Part shown: positions 1-9,164 of the stretch, piece by piece | How the letters are laid out: every line of letters begins with the position of its first letter | How positions within the stretch are numbered: the first letter of the stretch is position 1 | Assembly (NCBI GenBank): GCA_902775285.1 | Contig: CACYLI010000007.1 | Span: 5,533 to 69,532 of the forward strand | Reading direction: 5' to 3' | Source: an uncultured Erysipelotrichaceae bacterium | GTDB taxonomy: Bacteria > Bacillota_I > Bacilli_A > RF39 > UBA660 | DNA: 64,000 nucleotides | Notes under the pieces: generated by a model | What the model saw: only the letters and a program-made list of their open reading frames with translations | The model's database searches: none | Told to the model about the DNA's origin: nothing | Position numbers and translations under genes: made by a program

Positions 1-338
1 CTCGTGGTTATGGAGTTAAAATTCATTCAGTTAATTGTCCTAATATTGATTTAGATAGTGAAAGAATAATTGAAGCTAAATGGGAAGAAAATATTGATAA
101 TAGATATACTGCTAAATTAAAAGTATATATTGAAGATGTATCTGATATTTTAATGCAAATAGTAACCATTGCTACTAAACAAGATGTAGTAATTGATTCA
201 ATTAATTTAATAAATAGAAATAAAGAATTATTTTATGATATTACTTGTAAAGTTAAAAATATTAATTCTCTTCATTTATTAATAGATGAAATAAAATTAA
301 TAAGTAGTGTAAAAGAAGTAGAAAGGATATTTATATAA
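1..338 (+). CDS. relA: RelA/SpoT-family (p)ppGpp synthetase/hydrolase, C-terminal fragment (gene begins upstream of window)
   Basis: Frame 3 is open from base 3 (RGYGVKIHSVNCPNIDL...), matching the conserved C-terminal Cys/His and ACT-like end of RelA/SpoT proteins. The relA-dtd adjacency is conserved. The stop overlaps the dtd start (TAATG). Confidence 0.8.
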   Translation, partial: RGYGVKIHSVNCPNIDLDSERIIEAKWEENIDNRYTAKLKVYIEDVSDILMQIVTIATKQDVVIDSINLINRNKELFYDITCKVKNINSLHLLIDEIKLISSVKEVERIFI

Positions 339-793
339 TGAGAGTATTAATACAGAGAAGTAAAGAAAGTAAAGTTACAATTAATGGACTTGCTCATGGT
401 AAAATTGATAAAGGATATGTATTATTAGTTGGATTTACTGATGGTGATAATGAAACTATTATAGATAAAATGATTGATAAAATTGTTAATCTTAGAATAT
501 TTGAAGATGAGAATGAAAAAATGAATTTATCTATTTTAGATGTAGGTGGAAGTATACTTAGTATTTCACAGTTTACTTTGTATGCAAATTGTAAAGAAGG
601 TAGACGTCCTTCATTTACTGAAGCTATGAAACCAGATGAAGCAAGTAGATTATATGATTTATTTAATAAAAAACTAAGTGAAAAAATACATACAGAAACA
701 GGTATTTTTGGAAGTGATATGAAAGTAGAAATATATAATGATGGACCTGTTACTATTATGTTAGATAGTAGTGAAATAGTTAAAGTGAAGTAA
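338..793 (+). CDS. dtd: D-aminoacyl-tRNA deacylase
   Basis: 151 aa. Carries MRVLIQR..., SQFTLYA, GRRPSF and NDGPVT motifs typical of Dtd. Sits directly after relA. Confidence 0.93.
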   Translation: MRVLIQRSKESKVTINGLAHGKIDKGYVLLVGFTDGDNETIIDKMIDKIVNLRIFEDENEKMNLSILDVGGSILSISQFTLYANCKEGRRPSFTEAMKPDEASRLYDLFNKKLSEKIHTETGIFGSDMKVEIYNDGPVTIMLDSSEIVKVK

Positions 794-803
794 GGAGAAA
801 ATA

Positions 804-2390
804 ATGAAAAAAAGTTTATTTGGAATTTCTTTAGTAACAATTACATGTTTGTATGGATTATTAGCTGGAATTGTAATATTAATTGTTTTACTTTGTGGAG
901 GAGAAGTATTATATGCAATTATTGGAAGTATAATTATACTATTTATTCAATTTTTAATATCTCCATGGTTAACTGATATTTCAATGAAATTATTTTATAA
1001 AGCTGATTTTAATGCAAGTATTCCGGATTATTTAAAAGAATTTATTGAAAGAGAATGTAAAAAACATAATGTAGTTTATCCTCGTATAGCAGTTATAAAT
1101 GATGGAGGACCAAATGCATTTACTTATGGAAGAACTAAGAAAGATGCAAGAATTGTTTTAACAAAAGGTATCTTTGACTTGTTAAATGAAAAAGAAGTTA
1201 TAGCAGTAGTTGGTCATGAAATGGGACATATTGTTCATATGGATATGATGGTTATGACTTTTGCACAAATAGTACCATTAGTTTTATATGCTATATATGA
1301 AACATTTACAAGAAATATTAATGATAAAGATGATACTAAAATGGCAGTAGTTGGATATATAGCATATATTCTATATATAATTTGTCAATATATTATTTTA
1401 TGGCTTAGTAGAAGTAGGGAGTACTTTGCTGATAGATTCTCAGTTGAAGAAACAAAAAATCCTAATGCACTTGCTGAAGCTCTTGTTAAAGTAGGATTTG
1501 GATTAAGTACTGCTTCTAGTAATACAAAACACAATATTTCAAAAAAGAATGCTTTAGGTATATTTGATAGTAATACAAGTAAAGCGTTGGCTATTACATC
1601 AATGGATAGTAATAATAAAGTATCAAAAGATAAAATTAAAAATGCAATGAAATGGGAAATGTGGAATCCATGGGCTAAATGGTTTGAATTTAATTCTACA
1701 CATCCATTAATATCTAAAAGATTAGAAGCTATTTCAAATATGGCTAGTGAATATAAAATGGAACCATATATTAGATTTGATTTAGTTAAAGAAGAAAGTT
1801 ATGTAGATGATTTCTTAATTGAAGTACTAATATCTTTTCTTCCATTTATTTCACTTATTATTACAATAGTAATTGCTATATTAACTTTCTCAAGTGAAGA
1901 ATTAAATTTCTTATATTTAGGAATTGGACTATTAGTAACAACAATATTCTCATATATTAAATTTAATAGAAGTCATAAAACTAATTATGAAGAAAGTACT
2001 GTTAGTGATTTACTAGGTGAAGTTAAAGTTTCTCATATAACATCAATTCCATGTATATTAAAAGGAAATATAATTGGAAGAGGAAATCCAGGATGTATAT
2101 TTAATGAAGATTTTATTATTAAAGATAAAACAGGAATTATATTTTTAGATTATAATCAACCATTAAATATTCTTAATAAAATATTTGCAATTTTTAAATC
2201 AAAGAATTATTTTGATAAAGAAGTAACTGTTAAAGGATGGTATAGAAGAAGTCCTGTTCCATATGTAGAAATATATGAATATACAGTTGATAATAAAACT
2301 AAGAAAGTTTATACATATACAGTAAGTAAAGTATTCTATTGTATTTTATTATTTGTATCATTATTTCTAATATATAAAGGAATTATGTAA
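804..2390 (+). CDS. M48-family (HtpX-like) zinc metallopeptidase, polytopic membrane protein with a long C-terminal extension
   Basis: HEMGH zinc motif with a downstream EYFADRFS. Several hydrophobic helices. An extra ~200-aa C-terminal region has 2 more TM helices plus a soluble domain. An RBS (GGAG) lies upstream. Confidence 0.8.
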   Translation: MKKSLFGISLVTITCLYGLLAGIVILIVLLCGGEVLYAIIGSIIILFIQFLISPWLTDISMKLFYKADFNASIPDYLKEFIERECKKHNVVYPRIAVINDGGPNAFTYGRTKKDARIVLTKGIFDLLNEKEVIAVVGHEMGHIVHMDMMVMTFAQIVPLVLYAIYETFTRNINDKDDTKMAVVGYIAYILYIICQYIILWLSRSREYFADRFSVEETKNPNALAEALVKVGFGLSTASSNTKHNISKKNALGIFDSNTSKALAITSMDSNNKVSKDKIKNAMKWEMWNPWAKWFEFNSTHPLISKRLEAISNMASEYKMEPYIRFDLVKEESYVDDFLIEVLISFLPFISLIITIVIAILTFSSEELNFLYLGIGLLVTTIFSYIKFNRSHKTNYEESTVSDLLGEVKVSHITSIPCILKGNIIGRGNPGCIFNEDFIIKDKTGIIFLDYNQPLNILNKIFAIFKSKNYFDKEVTVKGWYRRSPVPYVEIYEYTVDNKTKKVYTYTVSKVFYCILLFVSLFLIYKGIM

Positions 2391-2391
2391 T

Positions 2392-2418
2392 AAAATGAAG
2401 TTTTACTTCATTTTTTTG
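2392..2418 (+). terminator. rho-independent terminator after the M48 peptidase gene
   Basis: AAAATGAAGT-TTT-ACTTCATTTT stem followed by a T-run. Confidence 0.7.
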
Positions 2419-2473
2419 TTTAAAAATTTATTTTTCTTTCACATTTTTTGTGTTTTGTAATATAATAAAAACT

Positions 2474-4999
2474 ATGGAAAGAAAAGATATTAATTTAAAT
2501 GATGTTAGTCCAATGATGAGAGAATACATGAAGACTAAGAGTGAATATGAAGATGTAATATTATTTTATAGATTAGGTGACTTCTATGAAATGTTTTTTG
2601 ATGATGCAATAACTGCATCTCATGAATTAGAACTTACTCTTACTGGAAAACAAGCAGGGCTTAGTGAAAGAATTCCGATGTGTGGAGTTCCTCATCATGC
2701 TGTTAATATCTATTTAGAAAAATTAATTGAAAAAGGATATAAAGTAGCAATTTGTGAACAAATGGAAGACCCTAAAACTGCTAAAGGTATTGTTAAAAGA
2801 GAAGTAATTCAAGTAGTAAGTGCTGGTACAATTACTAATACAGATATGGTTAATGAAAAGGATTTTAATTATATAGCTAGTTTAAGTGATATAAATTATG
2901 CATATATTTTATCTTATGCAGATATGTTAAGTGGAAAAGTATATGCTACTTATATTAGTCATGAAGAAGAAAAAATAATTAGTCATATTGTTAATCTTAA
3001 TATTAAAGAGATTGTTGTTAAAGATAATTTTGATCCAAATTTAATTTATAAATTAAAATCAACTTATAATATATATATTTCTCATTTTAATGATGATAGA
3101 GTATATAAAAGTAATGATGTATTTAAAGGAATTAATGATGAAAAAATAATTAATAATACATCACTAGTATTAAATTATATGGTTAATTCTCTAAAAAGTG
3201 ATTTAAGTCATTTACAAGAGTTAGAGATTGTTGATAATAAATTATTCTTAGAATTAAATAAAGAATGTATTAGAAATTTAGAACTTGTTGAAACTCTTAG
3301 AAATAAAGATAGACAAAATAGTTTACTTGGTTTTATGGATAAAACAAAAACATCTATGGGAAGTAGACTTCTTAAAAGTTATATTATAAGTCCATCAATT
3401 GATAAAAATGAAATAAATAAAAGACATGATTTAGTAAGCAAATTAATAGATAAATTTATGTTAAAAAGTGAACTTAAAACTTTTTTATATGAAATATATG
3501 ACTTAGAAAGACTTACTGGTAAAGTTGCTTGTTCTAATGTTAATGCAAGAGATATATTACAATTAAAAACAAGTTTAAAAGTATTTCCTGATATTAATTT
3601 ATTATTAAAAGAATTAGATTTAGAATTATTACCTGTATTTGATGATTTGGTTAATTTATTAGAAAACTCTATTGTTGAAGATGCTCCGATTACTTTAAAA
3701 GAAGGAGGAATCATAAAGAGTGGATTTAATAGTGAAATTGATGAATTAAGAAATATTAAAAATAATGGAAAAGATTTTATATCTAATTTTGAAAAAGAAG
3801 AAAAATTAAGAACTAATATTAAAGGATTAAAAGTTGGATTTAATAAAGTGTTTGGTTATTACATAGAAGTACCTAAAGGACAAGTTAAAGATGTAAAAGA
3901 AGAATACAATTATGATAGAAAACAAACTCTTGCTAATTGTGAAAGATATATTACACCTTTATTAAAGGAAAAAGAAAATTTAATATTAAATGCAGAAGAT
4001 AAATTAAATAATTTAGAATATGAAGTTTTTTGTAATATAAAAAATGAAATAAAAAAATATATTCCATCGTTACAAAAAGCTAGTGCCTTAGTTTCTTATT
4101 ATGATGTTATGCAATCATTTGCAACTATAGCGGAAGAAAACAATTTTATAAGACCTACAATAAATGAAGAAAATAACTTATATATAATAGGTGGAAGACA
4201 CCCAGTAGTGGAAAGTGTCATAGAATCAGAATATATTGATAATGATGTAATACTTGATAAAGATACAGATATTTTAATTATAACAGGTCCTAATATGAGT
4301 GGTAAAAGTACTTATATGAGACAGACTGCAATAATAGCAATATTAAATCAAATAGGTTCATATGTTCCTGCACTTGAATGTAATATACCTATATTTGATA
4401 AAATATTTACTAGAATTGGTGCTAGTGATGATTTAGTAGGTGGAGAATCAACTTTTATGGTTGAAATGAAAGAAAGTGCATATGCTCTTAAAAATGCTAC
4501 TAAAAATAGTTTGGTTTTATTTGATGAACTTGGAAGAGGTACAAGTACATATGATGGAATGAGTTTAGCAGGTTCTATTATTGAATATATTGCAAGTAAT
4601 ATAAAATGTAAAACATTGTTTTCAACTCATTATCATGAACTTACTGAATTAGAAAATAAATACTCAAATATTAAAAATGTACATGTATCTATAGCAGAAG
4701 AAGCAGGAGATATTACTTTCTTGCATAAAGTAATGGAAGGGTCAGTTGATAAAAGTTATGGTATAAATGTTGCTAAACTTGCATCACTTCCTAATGATGT
4801 TATTAAAAGAGCAAATGAATTATTAGAGATTTATGAATCGAAAGAACATAAAAAAGAAAAAAGAGTTAAACAATTATCACTTGATTTTAATGAACAAAAA
4901 GATGAATTAAGAGAGTTTATAGCAGGTATTAATCCTTTAGAAGTAACACCTATAGAAGCTATAACAATACTTGATCAAATAAAGAAAAAAGCAAATTAA
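2474..4999 (+). CDS. mutS: DNA mismatch repair protein MutS
   Basis: GDFYE mismatch-binding N-terminus, Walker A GPNMSGKSTYMRQ, DELGRGTSTYDG and STHYHEL. I prefer the ATG at 2474 (MERKD...) over the track's GTG at 2450. Confidence 0.95.
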   Translation: MERKDINLNDVSPMMREYMKTKSEYEDVILFYRLGDFYEMFFDDAITASHELELTLTGKQAGLSERIPMCGVPHHAVNIYLEKLIEKGYKVAICEQMEDPKTAKGIVKREVIQVVSAGTITNTDMVNEKDFNYIASLSDINYAYILSYADMLSGKVYATYISHEEEKIISHIVNLNIKEIVVKDNFDPNLIYKLKSTYNIYISHFNDDRVYKSNDVFKGINDEKIINNTSLVLNYMVNSLKSDLSHLQELEIVDNKLFLELNKECIRNLELVETLRNKDRQNSLLGFMDKTKTSMGSRLLKSYIISPSIDKNEINKRHDLVSKLIDKFMLKSELKTFLYEIYDLERLTGKVACSNVNARDILQLKTSLKVFPDINLLLKELDLELLPVFDDLVNLLENSIVEDAPITLKEGGIIKSGFNSEIDELRNIKNNGKDFISNFEKEEKLRTNIKGLKVGFNKVFGYYIEVPKGQVKDVKEEYNYDRKQTLANCERYITPLLKEKENLILNAEDKLNNLEYEVFCNIKNEIKKYIPSLQKASALVSYYDVMQSFATIAEENNFIRPTINEENNLYIIGGRHPVVESVIESEYIDNDVILDKDTDILIITGPNMSGKSTYMRQTAIIAILNQIGSYVPALECNIPIFDKIFTRIGASDDLVGGESTFMVEMKESAYALKNATKNSLVLFDELGRGTSTYDGMSLAGSIIEYIASNIKCKTLFSTHYHELTELENKYSNIKNVHVSIAEEAGDITFLHKVMEGSVDKSYGINVAKLASLPNDVIKRANELLEIYESKEHKKEKRVKQLSLDFNEQKDELREFIAGINPLEVTPIEAITILDQIKKKAN

Positions 5000-5009
5000 T
5001 GGAGGATTT

Positions 5010-5594
5010 ATGAACGAAGAAAATTTTGATTATGATGAATTAAAAGAAATGGTTATGAGTGAATTAAATAAGACTTATACTATAGAAGAGGCTTTAAAAG
5101 AAAAAGAGGAAGAATTAAAAGTAATTAATGAAAGTTTTGAAGTATTATGGAAGAATTTTCATTCTGTTAAAGATACTAGAAAAGAAGCTATTAATAATTT
5201 AATAACTGTAAAATATAAATTAATATTATCAAATCTATTATTAATGATTATTAGATATAGTGTAACAGAAGAAGTAAATAATATAATCAATACTATAAAT
5301 AGTGCTGTTTATGAATTAAAAGATGAAAGACAAATTCTTGATTTAATAGAAGTATCTATTACTAAATTACAAAATCAATATGCTTATTCATGTAATTATG
5401 AATTATCAAATCTATTATCTCTTTTATATGATAAAAATACTGCTATATATAATGGAGTATGTGATAGTGTAAATGCAAGTGCTGCAAGGATTAGAGGTAT
5501 TAATACTCAAGAGTCTAATAGATATTTATTAGAAAAAGAAAGCATTGATGAACAAATTAATGAAAGTACTATTAAACTAGGTTTAAAAAAATAA
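5010..5594 (+). CDS. hypothetical helical/coiled-coil protein occupying the position where mutL is usually found
   Basis: 194-aa ORF with a GGAGG RBS 6 nt upstream, 10 nt after the mutS stop. No family recognised. Confidence 0.55.
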   Translation: MNEENFDYDELKEMVMSELNKTYTIEEALKEKEEELKVINESFEVLWKNFHSVKDTRKEAINNLITVKYKLILSNLLLMIIRYSVTEEVNNIINTINSAVYELKDERQILDLIEVSITKLQNQYAYSCNYELSNLLSLLYDKNTAIYNGVCDSVNASAARIRGINTQESNRYLLEKESIDEQINESTIKLGLKK

Positions 5595-5598
5595 AAAA

Positions 5599-5705
5599 AC
5601 ACTTAGTGGTATAAGTGTTAAAAGTAAAGGTAGATGAATTATTATTCTTTAATTTAATAGGAGTGCATATAGAAGAATTTAAAAATATAAAATATACCAC
5701 TAAGT
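5599..5705 (+). other. structured intergenic segment: local 7-bp hairpin competing with a 12-bp long-range pairing
   Basis: ACACTTA(5599-5605)/TAAGTGT(5612-5618) competes with ACTTAGTGGTAT(5601-5612)/ATACCACTAAGT(5694-5705). A terminator follows at 5732-5774. Confidence 0.3.
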
Positions 5706-5731
5706 AATTAGAAGAATATTATATTTTAAAT

Positions 5732-5774
5732 AACAAGTCAAATGAGTATATTTGTATTATTGACTTGTTTTTTG
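5732..5774 (+). terminator. rho-independent terminator ~140 nt downstream of the 5010 gene
   Basis: AACAAGTCAA-N18-TTGACTTGTT (10 bp) followed by TTTTTT. Confidence 0.65.
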
Positions 5775-5868
5775 TTATAAAAAAATAATTTTTTTTAAAG
5801 AATAATTTAATATTTATCTATAATATTTTTTTAAAAAAATAAAATATATATTTTTTATTTTTTTATTA

Positions 5869-5877
5869 TGATATAAT
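5869..5877 (+). promoter_or_regulatory. extended -10 promoter element (TGaTATAAT) for the LXG-like/hydrolase operon
   Basis: TGATATAAT lies 24 nt upstream of ATG 5901, within a long AT-rich intergenic region. Confidence 0.45.
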
Positions 5878-5900
5878 TTTTATAGAAAGTAGGGATATAG

Positions 5901-6512
5901 ATGTTAAAAATATATGCTTCTGATTTATCATTTGCAAGTCAAGTTTTTAAAAGTGGTTTTGATAGTATAAAAGTAGCTGCTTCTTCAATGCAAACAGAAA
6001 TAGATAAATTTGTAAATAATCCAGAATTAAAGAATAATTTAAAGGGTATAAGTTTTGATACTGCTAGAAGATATATGGACACTTATAAAGATTCTTTTAC
6101 TGGTCTTTCATCTTTATGTGATACATTATCAAGTAATATTGTTTCTGCTAATAATAGTGTTATTTCAGCTATGCAAGGTCATAGTCCAGTTGATATAGAT
6201 TCAGAAGAAGAATTAAAAAGTCAAATCAAAAAACTAAATGATAATATCGCAGCAACAAGGCCTCATTTATATAAAACCAAAAAGACAGTTGATGCTAAAG
6301 GTAGAGTTTGTTTTGTAGAAACAGGAGAAATTAATCAATATTGGTATGATAGAATACAAGAGTATTCTAGAGAAATAAGAGAACTTGACGAACTTATTAA
6401 AATAGTACAGGCTACTAGAGCAGCATATGAAGCAGCAAAAGGTCAAATGAATGGTGAACTTGGAGAAGTATTAAATTCATTTTTAACTAAAACAAGCACA
6501 TTTTTAGGATAG
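5901..6512 (+). CDS. stand-alone LXG-like helical module (paralogous to the C-terminal or middle modules of the 23781 and 59020 proteins)
   Basis: 203 aa and all-helical by composition. LKGISFDTARRYMDTY, PVDIDSEEELKSQIKKLNDNI and LYKTKKTVDAKGRVCFVETGEINQYWY align segment-by-segment with the other two paralogues. Ends in ..FLG, as the 59020 protein ends in ..LLG. Confidence 0.6.
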   Translation: MLKIYASDLSFASQVFKSGFDSIKVAASSMQTEIDKFVNNPELKNNLKGISFDTARRYMDTYKDSFTGLSSLCDTLSSNIVSANNSVISAMQGHSPVDIDSEEELKSQIKKLNDNIAATRPHLYKTKKTVDAKGRVCFVETGEINQYWYDRIQEYSREIRELDELIKIVQATRAAYEAAKGQMNGELGEVLNSFLTKTSTFLG

Positions 6513-6522
6513 GAGTTAAATT

Positions 6523-8187
6523 ATGGAAGAAAAAGAGTTAAATGATAATACTGAATTAGAAGAAAATGGTGAACCTTTAAGATATACAAGTACAGTTACT
6601 ATAGAATACACACATGAAAGAAAAAAATATTCATCTGAAAATTATGAAAATAATAGTAAAGATGGTTTAAATGATGCACTAAATGATATGGGTTTTACTA
6701 GTAATGGAGCGAGTAGAAGTAATACATTAATTATTTATCCTAGAGATTTAGAACCAGGAGAAACACTACCTGTAGTTGTAATGGTTGGTGGAGATAATCA
6801 AAATAGTAGATTTAGGAATGGATATTTTAGAACATATGAGACAGTTAATGGAGAACCATTACCTAGAGCTATTTATGTAGTTAGTGGACCATCAGAAAAT
6901 GAAACACTTGAAGATAACGCTATTCTTGATGCTTATAAATTCTTAGAAAGCCATGGAGTTGATGCTAGTCAAGTAGGCGTAGAAGCATTTAGTGGTGGTG
7001 GAGGAGCAGGACTTATGATTGCTGAACAGGCTGCTCAAGATAATCCAAATATTCCAGTTGTAGTACTTCTTAATGATGCTTCCAAATGGGGACAAGAAGC
7101 TTCTCAAAGTAGACAAGATTATATTAATGGATTAAATCTATATAGTACTGCAAATAGATGTGATAATTTATCAATTGTATATTTTGAGAGTAATGATGAT
7201 AGAGTAACTTCAATGTGGAAAAAAATTAGTGAGAAAGTTGCACAAAGAGCTTATCATGTAACATGGAATTTGAATAGTTATGGTTTTTGCTCACATGCAG
7301 GAGCAAATTATTACTCACAATATTATAATTTTTTATTATCTTTAATGGGTTTAACAGATAATTTAACGGATGAAAAAAATGGTTATAGAGTAAAAAATGG
7401 AGCTGATAATAAAAAAGATTTAGTAGAGTCTATTGGTTCTATGGTATTAGTTGCATATTCTGGTGATTCATTGCAAGAATACTTAAATGGATTCATGACT
7501 CAAATAAATAGTTTTGGATCTGAAGATGCTGGTAGTGCTAGTGGAAATGATCTAATCGAACTTGAAAATAGTATGGCAAATAGTGTTTCTTCTTGTATTT
7601 CAGATATATCTAGTGTTCTATCAATGGATGCATCTTTACTTGCTGGAATTGGTGAAAGTATGGAAGGACTTGATGAAAGACTTAAAAGAATGCAAGATGA
7701 AAATATTTTAGATTTGTTTAAAGATTTTAGTATTCCAGAACATTTAAATAAACCTAATGAAGATATAATTATTGTTGATGATAATGATAGACATATTGAT
7801 TTAGATGATTTAGAAAATGAAGATGATATTCCTATTCAAGATAAACCGGATAGAAATAATTCTCATTCATATACACCACAAAATAGTTTTGACACATCTC
7901 CTATAATAGATTTAAAAAAAGGAGTATATTTACTTGGTGTTAATAATGATGGAGCAAAAGTAATTATAGATTATGATGGTAAAAAAGTAACTAATATGGT
8001 TTATCAATATGATTTTAATGATGCAACTGAAGCACAAACTATAAAGAATATGTATAGTAATTCAAAGTTAGTTAGTGATGTTAAAATATTTAATAATGAT
8101 AAGATAGTAGAAGTTACTTTAAAAAAATCTGTATATTCTAATAAAAGTATAGATGAACTTTCAAAAGGTTTAAATATGTATTCATAA
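6523..8187 (+). CDS. alpha/beta-hydrolase-like (esterase/PHB-depolymerase-like) protein, no signal peptide, with shared helical region and a unique C-terminal domain
   Basis: LPVVVMVGGDNQNS strand, nucleophile-elbow-like AFSGGGG, and a later CSHAG His. Followed by helical region Y shared with the 23781 and 59020 proteins. Starts 10 nt after the LXG-like ORF. Confidence 0.6.
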   Translation: MEEKELNDNTELEENGEPLRYTSTVTIEYTHERKKYSSENYENNSKDGLNDALNDMGFTSNGASRSNTLIIYPRDLEPGETLPVVVMVGGDNQNSRFRNGYFRTYETVNGEPLPRAIYVVSGPSENETLEDNAILDAYKFLESHGVDASQVGVEAFSGGGGAGLMIAEQAAQDNPNIPVVVLLNDASKWGQEASQSRQDYINGLNLYSTANRCDNLSIVYFESNDDRVTSMWKKISEKVAQRAYHVTWNLNSYGFCSHAGANYYSQYYNFLLSLMGLTDNLTDEKNGYRVKNGADNKKDLVESIGSMVLVAYSGDSLQEYLNGFMTQINSFGSEDAGSASGNDLIELENSMANSVSSCISDISSVLSMDASLLAGIGESMEGLDERLKRMQDENILDLFKDFSIPEHLNKPNEDIIIVDDNDRHIDLDDLENEDDIPIQDKPDRNNSHSYTPQNSFDTSPIIDLKKGVYLLGVNNDGAKVIIDYDGKKVTNMVYQYDFNDATEAQTIKNMYSNSKLVSDVKIFNNDKIVEVTLKKSVYSNKSIDELSKGLNMYS

Positions 8188-8188
8188 T

Positions 8189-8218
8189 AAAAAATCCTAA
8201 TTATTTAGGATTTTTTCT
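8189..8218. terminator. bidirectional terminator between convergent 6523 gene and rnhC
   Basis: AAATCCTAA-TTAT-TTAGGATTT, flanked by an A-run on one side and a T-run on the other. Confidence 0.7.
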
Positions 8219-9141
8219 GTATTCTTGAAATTTGTTTTAGCTATTTTATTAAGTTCATTTGCTCCATATTTTTTTACTATTTGTTTTCCAACTTCATCAA
8301 CTTTATCATTTGCACCTTTTAAAATAGGCATATTATATTTTTCTGATAGTTTATCCATTTCATTTAAAAATAAATATCTACTTATAACACTTGCAGCAGC
8401 TACACTAAGGTGAGCACTTTCACCTTTAGTTATAAATGTAATTTTAGTTACTTTTTCTGTAATATTTTCTTGTTTTAAATAACTGAAATAGCTTCTTGGA
8501 GTAGTAAATTGATCAACTATTATTTTATGATAAGCAATACCTTTATTTGATAATTCATAAAGTACTTTATTATGAAGTATTGCTTTTATTTTATTCATAT
8601 TGAAACCTTTTTTAGCAAGCTCATTATATTTTTGATTAGAAAGAGTAAATGTTACATATGGTAGTTTTTTCATTATAATAGGTGCACATCTTCTAATTTT
8701 ATCATCAGTCATTTTTTTAGAATCCATTATTTTTAAATCTTCAAGTAGCTTTCTAGTAGATTTATCTACTAGAGTAGCAGTAACAATAATTGGACCAAAA
8801 TAATCTCCAGTACCAACTTCATCACTTCCAATAGCATCATAATAATAGTATTCTTTATTATTAGTTTTTTCTTCTTTTTGTTTAATTTCTTCATCTATGT
8901 TTCTATTATTAAAGTGACTCTCTAAATCTTTCCACATATTAGCTTCTATATCAGCACCAATTCCTTGGAACATTACTTTACCACTTTCATATAAAGTAAT
9001 AACACAATCAAACTCTTTTACTTGAAAAATACTATATGGTGGTTTAGAAGTAACCATATCTTGATAATGTTCTATCATTTTTTCTTTAATATTGTCACTT
9101 ACTTTAAATACAATAGTTTTTTGTTTATCCACTCTTATCAC
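8197..9141 (-). CDS. rnhC: ribonuclease HIII
   Basis: 314 aa. Has an N-terminal ~85-aa RNase HIII-specific domain followed by the DEVGTGDYFGP RNase H active-site motif. Confidence 0.88.
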   Translation of the reverse strand: MIRVDKQKTIVFKVSDNIKEKMIEHYQDMVTSKPPYSIFQVKEFDCVITLYESGKVMFQGIGADIEANMWKDLESHFNNRNIDEEIKQKEEKTNNKEYYYYDAIGSDEVGTGDYFGPIIVTATLVDKSTRKLLEDLKIMDSKKMTDDKIRRCAPIIMKKLPYVTFTLSNQKYNELAKKGFNMNKIKAILHNKVLYELSNKGIAYHKIIVDQFTTPRSYFSYLKQENITEKVTKITFITKGESAHLSVAAASVISRYLFLNEMDKLSEKYNMPILKGANDKVDEVGKQIVKKYGANELNKIAKTNFKNTEKILNN

Positions 9142-9164
9142 ATCCTATTAATATTTTATCATAA

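Noticed and set aside
394-840. 148-aa minus-strand ORF antisense to dtd. Similar long antisense ORFs occur at 3379-3714, 11497-11847, 15912-16181, 16849-17067, 20967-21173, 22920-23585, 24032-24250, 25601-26173, 26453-26867, 29296-29553, 30211-30516, 32120-32371, 33511-33714, 52256-52546, 54668-54883 and 59813-60004.
   Set aside because: All lie antisense to ORFs with strong family motifs. They have low-complexity Ser/Leu/Ile/Phe-rich translations and no RBS. Such ORFs are expected by chance in AT-rich DNA, where the stop codons on the opposite strand of AAA/GAA-rich genes are depleted.
2450-2473. Track-extended N-termini: mutS from GTG 2450, tmk from 10531, DUF1003 from 22022, kinase from 27492, rpmA from 46534, sugar transferase from 50000, cotZ-like from 57883, MPE gene from 61175, ATLF gene from 10385, and pilin-like genes from 40098 and 46898.
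   Set aside because: In each case a downstream in-frame start is preceded by a good Shine-Dalgarno at 5-8 nt. The extension either overlaps that SD, a terminator hairpin or a promoter, or adds non-conserved residues to a well-known N-terminus.
5010-5594. The 194-aa helical protein downstream of mutS, considered as a Lap/WXG-type helper for the LXG-like operon.
   Set aside because: It is separated from that operon by a terminator and ~300 bp, appears co-transcribed with mutS, and has no WxG or recognisable helper motif. The link is too speculative to report as a finding.
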